This document shows positions 13,291 through 25,878 of a DNA stretch of 64,000 nucleotides, in pieces (position 1 is the first letter of the stretch; every line of letters begins with the position of its first letter). The translations under genes and the position numbers were made by a program. The DNA comes from Octopus sinensis (lineage: Eukaryota), in contig NC_043011.1 of assembly GCF_006345805.1 (NCBI RefSeq), positions 4,712,001-4,776,000 on the forward strand. The letters are read 5' to 3'. The notes beneath the pieces were generated by a model. That model searched no databases, was not told the DNA's origin, and saw only the letters and a program-made list of their open reading frames with translations.

Positions 13291-13809
13291 TTTCTGAATA
13301 ACTGGCGAAAATGTCACGGGTGGAATCTCTTTGAATAAATGTCTCTCATCTCGATCAGAGTTGATGTTGGTTTAAATAAGAACAACAACAACAATGGGGC
13401 AATCGTCTCCAACTCAAATTTACCACAAAAATCTCTCACTTAGCCTCGACTCTGGAACGATGGTTAATCTAGCGAGAGCATATCTCTAGAGTCTAGACGA
13501 CCATTGCGAAGTGGACATAAGTGAAAACGGAACTGAAAAACTTGTTATTCAGTGATCTACCAGAAAGACTAGTCAGAGGAAGTAACTACTAAACACTTAC
13601 GCACATAATCACACACACACACACACACTCATGCCTACAAGGAAAAGTCCTACTGTACGATAGCATTCGGTTGCTGATACCCGTAGAGGAGCTATGAAAA
13701 GTACGCCGTAAGAAGTTCCCCAAAGTAAATAAACGTGATCCTATTGTTGCCAGTAAATTTTACTAGAAAAATTTTAAGCCCTACATACATACATACATAC
13801 ATACATATG

Positions 13810-13877
<68 letters not shown>

Positions 13878-14017
13878 CGGAGATGTACTCGCATAGCAAG
13901 TAATTGATCTGAGATCGTGTGCTGAAACGAAAACAATTGCAGCGTGGAAGGTGTTTATAAGCCATTTAAGAAACACACAAAGGCCGTTCGATTCACTCCA
14001 ACATTTAAGTTTAATTT

Positions 14018-14061
14018 GTCAAAATATTTTCGTCGCTAAAATCCGCGACCTGTTCACTGTC
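14018..14061 (-). ncRNA. Minimal hammerhead-like motif with G3-C8 swapped core (GUGAACA), inside a (TA)n-flanked element at 13876-14070
   Basis: gaca GTGAACA g gtcgc ggatttta gcgac GAAA atat T t tgac: 5-bp stem II, palindromic stem III AATATT, stem I with one mismatch. Confidence 0.55.
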
Positions 14062-14069
14062 CGTGCTGG

Positions 14070-14103
<34 letters not shown>

Positions 14104-14400
14104 TAATATTAGGGAGTATATCCAAACTTACAGGGAAAGATTAGATTTAGGATTAAATCAAATTTCACAGTATAAATTAAATTAGAGATAAAACCACTAT
14201 TAGGCAACTAAAAAAAAAAATTTAAGCTTAAAAATATAAAAATTAAAAAATATAAATTAAAAAATTTAAAATTTAAATTATAAATTTTATATTTTATATA
14301 GTATATTATATATTATGTTAATTATATTATTTTTTTTTTTATGTTTTGGTTTATGTCTATCACTGTTTGAGTTGCCTAATAGTGGTTTTATCTCTAATTT

Positions 14401-14452
<52 letters not shown>

Positions 14453-14529
14453 CATATGTATATATATATATATATACATACACATTTATGTATGTGTGTA
14501 TGTATGTATGCATGTCTCTTCTATTTTTT

Positions 14530-17500
14530 TAATTATTATAAATCCCCCACCTAGGAGGGAGCCGGCTTCCAACAAAGATACAAGGATCCATCTCTGGAAT
14601 GCAGTTAACTCAGACAAATTCACATTTCGAACTTGAGAAAAGTTTTGCATATTTTTACTGTTCCACTCACAGATTGGACTTGTAATGTACGAATTAGCCG
14701 GTCAATTTCTCTTTCTGAAAATCCCAGTTTATCCAGACTCCGCTTTTACTAACAAGCATTTACTAACAAAATCTAGTGTTCCAATTATTATTGGTATGAA
14801 TATGAATTCATAGTTTGGGTACAGAAGTTGGAGGTTTCGAAGCAGCTGTCCATAGATATCCTCTTTCTCTTTGATTTTCAAAGATATATTTATATCTGCA
14901 GGATAGCTAATCTTAACAACAAACAACAATATCCGGCCTATTATGCTTACATTTGACAGAGGTTTTGATGGGACTGTTCTACTAATATTCCTTCTATTGG
15001 TGTTTATGAATGTATTCCATAACAGACGCATTTCCTGAGTTTATTTCAGGACAGTCTTTTTTGTGGATAGCACTGTGAATTGTTTTAGCGACAACATCGT
15101 GTCGCATAGGGAGATAATAGCGTAACGACATTTGAGGACAGCTGCTAATCACATGCGTAATGTCTTTCACCGTGGGATTACAAGAGCGTCACTGTCTCTC
15201 TTGTTCACCAGGTATTTTGAGGCAGTCTCCTGTTCCTGGATGATTGTAAACGCATAGCCTTCAAAGTGTGATGTGATGTAGAAGTCTTGTGTCCAAGAGA
15301 GGCTGTGCTTCGTGTCACTTCTACTGTCTTCTTCAAGTTTCCGGGCAACATACCCATGCATGGTCTTTTTTGTGTATGCTGAGTGCTTTCCATCCAGGTT
15401 TTCTCTGGGATAAGAGAGCTCAGCTGTTTTGGGGCTGTATAGGAGATCATTAGGAAGCGAGAGTTTCTTGAGGAGTTCACTACCAACTCGTACAATGTTG
15501 CTCACTTCACTCTTCAGGACTGCATTAATATCTTTATTCTAGCTGCTGTTGTTTAGCTGGTGCTACCTGCCTGATACCATACGGCATTCGAAGGCCGTCT
15601 GCACTGATCTCAGGCCTCTACCACCTTCATTTCTTCTTAGGTAGCGCCTGTCAACATCACAGCTTCTGTGGAAGTTCCCAGTTGTTGTCAGGATTTTGCG
15701 GGTTTTGATATTTACGGAGTGGATTTCCTCTACAAATCAATCAAGTATCACAAATGTTGAGGTCAGCACTGGTACTGCAAATGCATTGTGGGATATTGTT
15801 TTGTTGTAAGAGGAGAGTTCCGACTGCTATATTTTCCTAAGTCTGGTTATTATTCTCGGATCACTCTATCGTTATTCACAGTGTCTTCATATGATACATT
15901 TTCGTCTATGCCAAGGCGCTTGGAATATTCTTTATGTGGAATGGGGGAGATAGGGAGACCGTTGGTGCACAGGTTTTGGATTTGGGGGATTGACTTACCT
16001 CGTTTTATAACCAAATATGAACATTTCGTTTGGTCAAATTCCATGCCTATATCAGCTGAAAATGTTATTAATTCCAATTGTTTTGGGGCATTGTTAACAC
16101 TTTTAGGTCGTCTAGAAAGAAATTATGAGTTACATTGATATTTCTGGTAGTTGAAGATCCTAGCATGTAACCATTTATTTTCTGCAGTTGGAACGATAAC
16201 GGATTCAGTACAGAAAAGAAGTACAGAAACACTATCTCCCTGGAATATTCCCTTTGTAATGCCTATACTATTAGAAACAGCTATTCCGTTCTCAGTTGTA
16301 GGGTAAGAATAGTTGTTCATGTCTTTGTGAGTCTCTCTATAGCAGCAATTAAGGTAGTAGGTACGTTTGCCAGATGTAGGCACTTCAACAGCCATGAATG
16401 AGGGATAGAATCGAATGCCTTCTTATAGTCAAGCCATACTGTCACAAGGTTTCTGCGTTGTTTTCTTACTTCAGACAGTACAACTTTGTTAAAATTTGTT
16501 CGGTACATCCCCACACTCCGTTCTTTCCACCAGTCTGTTCATCAGTCACAGTGTTGTTCGATTCACAATGGTCCTGGAGGAATTGGTTGAGGCAACTTGT
16601 GTACAGTTTGTACATAATGTTTAGGCAAACAATGGGCCTGTAGATTCCTGCCATCACGGTGATTCCATTTCTGGCAACAAGACTTATCCTTGCTGTAGCG
16701 AGCCGATGTGGTATATCAGTCTGACCTTTCATAGTCCCTTTGAACATACATATTAATTGGTTTCTATAAAATGCAGCTTCTTGTACCAATATCGAACTAT
16801 TAGGTTCCTTCGAAGTGCCTTCCCATTCTGCAGTTTGCCTACTGTTATAGCGAAGGTTTCTGCATCAAATTAGTATGTTTTACTGTTAGTGTTGGTACAG
16901 TATTTTCTCTCAATTGTATTTAACCACGATGCATTCAGGTTGAAATCCCTCATTTCGTTCCAAAGTTTTGACCAGAATGATTGTAGACCTTCTTTGGAGG
17001 GAGCTTTCTTAATGGTAATATTTTCCTTCCTCATTTCTCTGTGTAATGATTGTGGGTTGGAAGCAAACTTGCGATTGATACTGGCTCGCTCAAAAATTCG
17101 TTTGCGATAGCGGAGTTCCTCGCTCATCGTCCTCAGTTCATGTTTTAATCTCGGTGTTAAGAGTCGCCATAAAGTTTCATTGGTTTTTGTCTAAAGTAGA
17201 GTTTGAAAGGTGTAAACTTAATTTTCTCCTTACATTTTATTATTGTAGTTAACCATCCAATATGGCGGCTCACGTTGTTGATGTTCTCTTCAAGTTTTGT
17301 TTTCCATCTAGGTTGTTTCCGTTTAGTAATTTCGTTACTTAGTTTACTTCAGATTTCTCCTAGATGTTCTTTAAGAGTAACAGCCGCTGTGTATATAACC
17401 GTATTAATATTCCAGTAATTAACATCACATGATTCCATGTTCTCTCCAGCAACATCGTTGATAACCTTAAACATTAGATCGGTCGATTTTTTTCTCACTC

Positions 17501-17530
17501 GTGTTGGGAATAGTCTGTAACTCAACGAAA
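14530..17530 (-). mobile_element. R4/Dong-clade non-LTR retrotransposon, decayed (RT plus restriction-like endonuclease)
   Basis: WLDYKKAFDSIPHSWL, GIFQGDSVS, ADIGMEF, EGGRGL, RHDVVAK, YPADIN...KEDIYGQL and FIPIIIGTL motifs across several frames; 3' end runs into ataataatt. Confidence 0.88.
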
Positions 17531-17671
17531 GCTTCGAGAAAGTAGCAAAATTTTTTGCGAATTTTAATTTAAAAATGTTTTTGGGTTGGATGTATTCCGC
17601 AATTTAGCAATGGCGGGAGCGGTGATTTGTTTACATTATTTTTTTACGCTGCTTCTGGCGGATTTTGACCC

Positions 17672-17702
<31 letters not shown>

Positions 17703-17737
17703 TGTATGTATGTATGTATGTATGTATGATGTATGTA

Positions 17738-17896
17738 TACTCTTTACTCTTTTACTTGTTTCAGTCATTTGACTGCGGCTATGCTGGAGCACCGCCTTTA
17801 ATCGAGCAACTCAACCCCGGGACTTATTCTTTTGTAAGCCCAGTACTTGGTTGTCAAGCAATGCTAGGGGGACAAACACAGACACGCATATATATA

Positions 17897-17957
<61 letters not shown>

Positions 17958-17961
17958 TTAT

Positions 17962-18034
<73 letters not shown>

Positions 18035-18199
18035 TACGACGGCTTCTTTCAGTTTCCATCTACCAAATCCACTCACAAGGTTTTGGTCTGCCCGAGGCTA
18101 TAGTAGAAGACACTTGCCCAAGGTGCCACGCAGTGGGACTGAACCCGGAACCATGTGGTTGGTAAACAAGCTACTTACCACACAGCCACTCCTGCGCCT
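17738..18199 (-). mobile_element. SINE family A copy
   Basis: Homology to 57-469. Confidence 0.88.
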
Positions 18200-18476
18200 A
18201 TATTATGTATGTATGTATGTTTTCGTATTTATGTACTAACGGGACACGTTATGTATTTGCAAACTAGCTACTTCTTAAAAATACACATGAGAACTTCTTC
18301 ACCTGCAATTAAATGAAAACAATTACCTGAATTAGTTTTCTGAAGAAATTCATTCAAAGACATTTAAGAGTTCCATTATGGCTTTATTCAACCTTATCCT
18401 AAAATACTGCCTCGAAATACATTTGCCTCATATTCTTAAGAATTATATAGGCGCAGGAGTGGCTGTGTGGTAAGTA

Positions 18477-19759
18477 CGAGGGGCGTTCAATAAGTAATGC
18501 CCCTGACCCACTTCCCATAACAGTAGAACAACGAAACTTGGCACAGTTATTAGTCTTTTTCTACATAGGAACCACCCAGAGTTACGCATTTCTTCCATTG
18601 TTTGATGCAGCTCTGGAGACCGTTTTTGTAGAAGACCCCAGCTTGGTCCTCCAACCTGAACGCGACTTCAGAAATCAAGGCTGCATCATCTGGGAAACGC
18701 TTTCCTTTCAAAAACAACTTCATGACTGGGAAGAGGTGAAAATCAGAGGGTGCAAGGTCAGGAAAGTAGGGGGGATGGGGGAGGAGTTTATAGCCATACG
18801 CCTGTGCTTCTGATCTGGCGACAAGCGAGTTGTGGACCGGAGCGTTGTGATGCAGGAGGAGGATGCCTTTGCTGATCTTGCCCCGCCTCTTGATTTTGAT
18901 AACTTCTCTTAATTTCCTCAAAAGTGAAGCATAATAGGCTCCTGCAATTGTGGTACCCTTTGCCAGGAAATCTGTCATCACTACTCCGTCCTGGTCCCAG
19001 AAGAATGTTGATGACCTTGCCAGCGGAGGGCTGCACCCCTGCCTTCTTTGGAGGGGGTGAGTCACGGTGCTTCCACTGCATTGACTGGGCTTTGGTCTCT
19101 GGATCATCGTGATGGACCCAGGTTTCATCCTGTGTAATCAGTCTTTTGAAAAATTTTGACTCACCTTTTGGCACATCTCCAAATTCACCCTCGAGCACTC
19201 GACGCGTTCTTGCTTCTGGAAAGGCGTGAGCAACCTGGGAATCCATCTGGCAGACACCTTTTGCATATGCAAATGGTCATGAATGATATTTTCACAGACC
19301 CGGTACTAATCTTGACCTCATGGGCTATTTGGCGAATAGTATGCGTCGATCTTCCAAAATGGCAGCCTCAACTTGACGGACAGATGCCTCATCAATGGCA
19401 GAAGGGGACGACCAGATCTGGGAGCTGTTTCCACAGAGTTCCGACCATGTTGAATTCACGATGCCAGCGTTTTACAAGGTCATATGATGGGCATCATCAC
19501 CATAAGTTACTTTCATTTCATCAAAAGTCTCCCGTGGTGTGCGTCCTTCAAATACAAAAACGGATCACTGCTCGACACTCAACAGGCTCCATTTCACACT
19601 TGACTCGGTTCAAACACCTGTAAATCAGAAACCACAATTAATTCAGAGCTGTAATTTGCTACTTACTCTATAGAGATATAAATGATTGCACATGCAAAAT
19701 TTCAGCTAGATCAAACAAATGCAAGTGGGTCAGAGGCATTACTTATTGAACGTCCCTCG
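18477..19759 (-). mobile_element. Full-length mariner DNA transposon (1283 bp)
   Basis: 37-bp TIRs at 18477-18513 and 19723-19759 (35/37 match), TA target-site duplication, internal transposase. Confidence 0.95.
18550..19592 (-). pseudogene. Mariner transposase pseudogene (DD34D type)
   Basis: MEPVECRAVIRFLYL start, ITQDETWVHH, LLHHNAPVH (second catalytic Asp appears mutated to His), PDLAPSDFHLF; at least two frameshifts. Confidence 0.9.
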
Positions 19760-20559
19760 TAGCTTGCTAACCAACCACATGGTTCCGGGTTCAGTCCCAC
19801 TGCGTGGCACCTTGGGCAAGTGTTTTCTACTATAGCCTCGGGCCGACCAAAGCCTTGTGAGTGAATTTGGTAGACGGAAACTGAAAAGAAGCCCGTCGTA
19901 TATATGTATATATATATGCGTGTGTGTGTTTGTGTGTCTGTGTTTGTCCCCCTAGCATTGCTTGACAACCGATGCTGGTGTGTTGATGTCCCCGTTACTT
20001 AGCGGTTCGGCAAAAGAGACCGATAGAATAAGTACTGGGCTTACAAAAGAACAAGTCTCGGAGTCGAGTTGCTCGATTAAAGGCGGTGCTCCAGCATGGC
20101 CGCAGTCAAATGACTGAAACAAGTAAAATAGTAAGAGAGTACATGGAACCATGTTGATTACTATATATTCACTAATGATTGCCGTCTCTCTGAGTTTGCT
20201 CGTTGTCAATGGCATGTCAGACCTTCCGTCCATGACTTCTCAGATGACTATTCAGTCCCACTGCAGATCTGCACGGTTTGAAACATAGGTAGCTGACGAA
20301 AGTTATTACCTCCACCGGACTGATCTGATCACTTTGTGAGATATGATCCTTGTGAACCAACACACACGTCTCTACAGACATGAAATCGAATTGCTAGCCC
20401 CTTTACACATTTCACACGCCGACTCATCTGGTCTAGGAGGAAGGAGGCTGCATACAATTGCCCTTTCATGACTCTCTTCACACCTCCATCACTTTATGCA
20501 TTGTGGTTCTAATGACAACTCCTCCAAAACCAGCGTTTTAGGATTTCCTGCTCAAATCG

Positions 20560-21090
20560 AGCCTCTTCAAAAGTTTCACAACCTTTCTGTGAACACTTCC
20601 TCCGCAAAACAAATCTTCCAGTCCCTAACAATGATCCGCAGTTCCTTCAGGTTGCCTTTTATGCAGCCTCTGTATCTTTTGTTATGGTTTGTGCCGAGGA
20701 TGCTTTCGAGTGTGGCGCTCGCCATAAAACAGCTGTTTTGGAATTCTTTTATCTTCCATACGCACAACATGGCCTGCTCAATGCATCTAACCAGACATGA
20801 TAAATGTTTAGATGTCTGTGCATCCTGCTTTTTTCAAGAACTTCTGTGAGAGGTTTTAGTACACAGTCCTTTAGTACACACTCAGCTCGGTCTCGGTGAT
20901 GCTGCGATTTGCCCACACTCTCATTACGAACTCACCAAATGCTACAGATGCTTTCTTTTCTAAGAAACCATCTCTCGACTACATGCTGTCCTGACATACA
21001 AATGTCAACAGTACCCAATCTTGTACCGTATACTACGATATCGGGCTCCACATACGGTTCGCCCGGAGCAGCTGTGAACATTACCTTTTT
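20560..21090 (-). mobile_element. RTE-like LINE fragment (RT C-terminal region)
   Basis: Decayed translation resembles the RTE C-terminus (KASVAFG-like segment, KRYRGCIKGNLKEL...W). Confidence 0.55.
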
Positions 21091-21116
21091 CAGATTTATA
21101 TAAGACAAAAGGCTTT

Positions 21117-21158
<42 letters not shown>

Positions 21159-22288
21159 CATACATACATACATACATACATACATACATACATACATACA
21201 TACATACATACACACAAATATGATGTATAATAGATGTTTGCGTTTGTATGCATATAAATTCACAGAAACCTACAGCATACACATCCCACACACATCTATA
21301 AAACTAGGCATATATATGCAAGCAAGTGTATGCATACTCATACACACACAGCTCACACAGACACATATAAATAGTTACATACATACATGCACAGACATAT
21401 ATATACAGTATGTTTGTATATATGTGTGTGTGCATGTATCCTGTTTTCCATTTTTTCTCTCGTTGTTTACGTATTTAACTCATTTGTTTTCATATTTCAT
21501 GTTGTTTCTGTGGTGACATCCTGTAGTCATATGTACACATATATATATATATTATATATATATATATATATATATTATTTATATTATTATCTAATTGAAT
21601 GCCACGCATCCATTTCCAAGTAAGTATATCTTAATTCTATTTTGATGCGACTCTACTCTGCACTGTTTTCTCCCCCATCCTTTTCTAATTTCCTTTTCCT
21701 CTCCTTCACCGTTTTCTATATGTCTCTCTCTTTCCCCCTCTTTCTGTTTTTCTCTTTAGTTGCTCACACGTGACCATCATCCATCTTTCTTTTCTTCGGG
21801 TGGCCATCTTTCTTTTCCTCCAGGACGTCCTAAGGACTGGACGTCTTCTATCATTTCTCTTTTCAAAGAAAATATTTCTCTCAGCGTTCGCTATTTTCCC
21901 TTCGTTCTGGTCTAACGACCCTCCTTGTTTGTTTTCGTTCTGTTTCCTTGTATGTCTCCACTATCCTGTTTTTGTTCCCAACTTTGATGCTCTATAAATC
22001 CCAAATTTCATTTTAGTATCTGTGGGAGCAACTATCTTCGAAGACTCGAAATGAGTAGATAGACAGCCGACAACTGATGAAAGGGCCATTCGTTGTGTTA
22101 CTTGTCCAGTTTTCCTTTTTTCTCTCGTTGCTTATGTGTAATCTTGTACTTATATATGTGCTTACCAACCACATAGTTCTGGGTTCAGACCCACTGCGTG
22201 CCACCTTGAGCAAGTGTTTTCTGCTATAGCCTCGGGCCACCCAAAGCCTTGTGAGTGGATTCGGTAGACAGAAACTAAGAAGCCGGTC

Positions 22289-22321
<33 letters not shown>

Positions 22322-22329
<8 letters not shown>

Positions 22330-22531
22330 ATGTTACATTACTCGGTAGTCAAGATAAAACTCTGAGTTTCAGATGCCGAAGTGGAAATCCACAACACCAT
22401 CTCTTCGGTTATCTGGCTATTCAAATATTCAAATAGCCAGATAACCGAAGAGATGGTGTTGTGGATTTCCACTTCGGCATCTGAAACTCAGAGTTTTATC
22501 TTGACTACCGAGTAATGTAACATATTGTATA
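22322..22531. repeat. Perfect palindrome, 100-bp arms with a 10-nt spacer
   Basis: 22322-22421 is the exact reverse complement of 22432-22531; spacer caaatattca. Confidence 0.95.
22439..22501 (+). ncRNA. Type I hammerhead-like motif, CCGAAGA core (mirror copy on minus strand at 22352-22414)
   Basis: agataa CCGAAGA gatg...catc t GAAA ctc a gag T t ttatct: perfect 6-bp stem I, near-palindromic stem III, one extra nt before GAAA. Confidence 0.6.
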
Positions 22532-22654
22532 GATAAATTTCCTCTATTTACATAATATTGAGGTCTCTTTCTTTCTTTTGTTATCTTACCGTTTATATTC
22601 ATATATATATTTATGTATATATATTATGTATATATATATATATATATAATATAT

Positions 22655-22688
<34 letters not shown>

Positions 22689-22722
22689 AGATATATATAT
22701 ATATATATAAAATATTCTATGG

Positions 22723-22764
<42 letters not shown>

Positions 22765-23226
22765 TGGCCTGTTCGCTTAGCCAGCGGGGTGGCGTCATTT
22801 GAAGGCTAAAACAATGCGATGCGCATTGTGACTAGCGATGTGTAGCAACATTTGATATCCTGGTCGGTCACGTGATCACGTGATCACGTGATCACGTGAT
22901 ATATATATATGTACATGTCTGTGTGTCTGTGTTTGTCCCCATCCCAACATCGCTTGGCAACCGATGTTGCTGTTTACGTGTCCGTAACCTAGCGGTTCGG
23001 CAAAAGTGACCGATGGATTAAGAACTAGGCTCACAAAGAATAAGTCCTGGGGTCGATTTGTTCGACTAAAGGCGTTGCTGCAGCACGGTCTCAGTCAAAT
23101 GAATGAAACAAATAAAAGAATAATATATATATATATATATATATCTATCACCAGTCATCTTGCCAAATCGAAATGCTAAACTCTACACATTTTTGTCTTT
23201 TATTCTCTGTACATTTTTTCCTCTTC

Positions 23227-23262
23227 CTTTCTGTCGAAGATCACTGGTTCGAAACGTAATAG
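23227..23262 (+). ncRNA. Degenerate minimal hammerhead-like motif, CUGUCGA core
   Basis: cttt CTGTCGA a gatc actg gttc GAAA cg T a atag; one mismatch each in stems I and II; same family as 8816 and 41633. Confidence 0.5.
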
Positions 23263-23356
23263 ATTTTTCCCGAGTGTTAAACTAATAGACCTACTTGTTG
23301 TTCCTACATCTGTCTTCGTCTTTTGTTTTTTTTTATAAATTTATACTATACATATC

Positions 23357-23431
<75 letters not shown>

Positions 23432-24283
23432 GTCTATCTGTCTATCTGTCTCTCTCTCTCTCTCTCTCTCTAGATATATATATATATATATATAATATTT
23501 GAAGCAAAGCTAGAAATCCTGGATCTTGAATTATTCAGTAATATCTTTTTGCTAGTCTATTTTGTCCCTCTATCTTATCTCATCGTGCGATATGAACATT
23601 TAAGGTGGTTCTTAGAGTCAGGGATTGACTGCTATTTCGGCATGGTGGTGTCTCTCAGACACCCTTATTTTTAGTTATATATATATATATATGTATATGT
23701 ATATATATAAACAATTGCTGCGTGGAATTCTTTTATATCTGTCTTTGTATAGATATACGTGTGTTTGTGTACGTATGTATGCATGTTTAGAAACACGATA
23801 CTACGAGATGCAAGCATACATATGCCCTTCCACATAGACACACACATTTCTAGAAGTATATACAAGCACACGCATACAACACAAGCATTCACACATACAC
23901 ACACGCACACACGCAACCAAGCATATACACGCATACATAAACTAATATAGACGTAGATTAGTGTCAATATAACGCAGTTACATAGACACTAATACACAAG
24001 TTGTTCTCTTCAGCGTTACTTTGACCTTTGACCTGACTTCAGTGCTACTTCCGTAATGTCAACAGTTGTGGGAACATACGCAGTTCTTTCACGATAGACA
24101 TCATAGATTGTAGTCTAGACTAGACTACTGTATTTAAGTCTCTACTCATTCTCCACTCTCTTCTTTTCCATTCTCTCGAGCAGTAGAACGTATCTCCGAG
24201 TGGCAATATTGTCAAATTTAATTTCATATTGTGTGTATGTGCTTATATATGTTTATATACATGTGTGTGGGTATATATATATA

Positions 24284-24372
<89 letters not shown>

Positions 24373-24420
24373 GTATGTATGCATGTATGTATGTATGTAT
24401 GTATGTATGTATGTATGTAC

Positions 24421-24493
<73 letters not shown>

Positions 24494-24640
24494 GCAAAAC
24501 AGACCGATAGAATAAGTACTGGGCTTACAAAGAATAAGTCCCGGGTCGATTTGCTCGACTAAAAGGCGGTGCTCCAGCATGGCCAGTCAAATGACTGAAA
24601 CAAGTAAAAGAGTAAAAAAGAGTAAAAGAGTATTATATAT

Positions 24641-24675
<35 letters not shown>

Positions 24676-24704
24676 TATATAGATAGATAGATAGATAGAT
24701 AGAT

Positions 24705-25490
24705 AAGTTTCTTTTTTGGCCACACAGGGCTGCACACAGATGGGACAAGTTACAAGGTAGAGCTTTTCTTTTGGGGGATGAAGAGAACAAAAAACAAAAG
24801 AAAAAAAGGGGGGTGGCGTAGGTTTTCGATCAAGACGGATCGAAAAAGGGAAGAAAAGAACAAAAACAAAAAAAATTGAATAAAATAAAAGGAATAAAAA
24901 GAAAAAAAAGAAAAGGAAAAGGAACAAAAGGAAAGAGAAATGAAAAAAGAAGAAAAAAAGGGGAAAAAAAGGGGAAGAGGAAAAAAAGAACGATCAATAG
25001 GGATCGTGTATCACAGTGTTATTATATATGCTGTAAAGGGGAAAGCAAGTAAGGTTTATCCGTGGGAAGAAAAGCCTACGAAAAAGACCACGGTAACCTT
25101 GGTCAATATTGTTATATGTTACCACATTTGTTTGCAAGTGGGTAACCCTCTGTTTTCAATTCTGGGTTCATAGGATTATGCTCAAGGTGGCTTCGTCATT
25201 CATACGTGCCATCCTTGCTACATCCACCCATCTTTTTTTAAAACATTCGCTAGACAAAACTTGCCTCTCTTTACTCTCACTTTCCTTTTCAAGTGGTACT
25301 TGAAGAAGTTGATGAGAGATTGACCAGAGAGGAAAGTGTTTGTCTCCAATCCTTTCAGACGCGTCCACCAGATACATTCTTTCGCCATAGCCACAAGGAT
25401 GATGAAAATAGCTCTTCCTTCCCGTTTGAAGGAAGGAGGCGTGACAATATTGACGATAGACTCAGCTGATAAACCGACTCGTCCCACACG
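24705..25490 (-). mobile_element. 5'-truncated Tx1/L1-like LINE (ORF2 C-terminus plus 3' UTR) within (GATA)n
   Basis: LVAMAKECIWWTRLK...KRWVDVARMARMN* resembles Tx1-type ORF2 ends; (GATA)n on both sides; same 3' end at 55660-55770. Confidence 0.65.
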
Positions 25491-25496
25491 TGATAG

Positions 25497-25559
<63 letters not shown>

Positions 25560-25569
<10 letters not shown>

Positions 25570-25840
25570 GATAGATAGATAGATAGTGGTTGCTCTATTG
25601 TATACGAGCAAAACCATTACTAGAAAGAATCATTGAATGAGCCACTGATAACGCAATGTGAGGCCTTTCTATGAGTTTTGAGCCCTGCCAAAGGTTTGCA
25701 CATTTAATTGCATAATGCACAGTTGCGCTCGCAGAAAGAAACGGTGCCACAGTAGGAAGTCTTTCGACATGTCTTTTTAATCCTCCAGCTGAACGGAACA
25801 TCTTTCCATTGGTTGCATATGTTCTGTTGCACATAAACCC
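25560..25840 (-). mobile_element. LINE 3' fragment with C2H2-like motifs (RTE-like)
   Basis: Decayed FRSAGGLKRH and C..C.KVCKSLAGLK-like segments. Confidence 0.45.
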
Positions 25841-25878
25841 AAAATGAGGTTCAAATACTGCCTTAATATATGTATTAT

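Larger units (their letters stand above)
18449..20141 (+). mobile_element. SINE family A copy split by a mariner insertion
   Basis: gtgtggtaagTA | mariner | TAgcttgctaacc; removing the mariner restores the SINE head. Confidence 0.9.
22160..23122 (+). mobile_element. SINE family A copy expanded by nested insertions in its central microsatellite
   Basis: Head and body at 22160-22289, 3' half at 22915-23122; between them the palindromic element and a SINE B-type tail (22760-22900). Confidence 0.75.

Noticed and set aside
22040-22100. GAAA...CTGATGA arrangement (related copies at ~8425-8470 and ~26485-26545 minus) as a type II hammerhead
   Set aside because: Stem I cannot be formed and the UH site is inconsistent between copies; left as an unclassified repeat.
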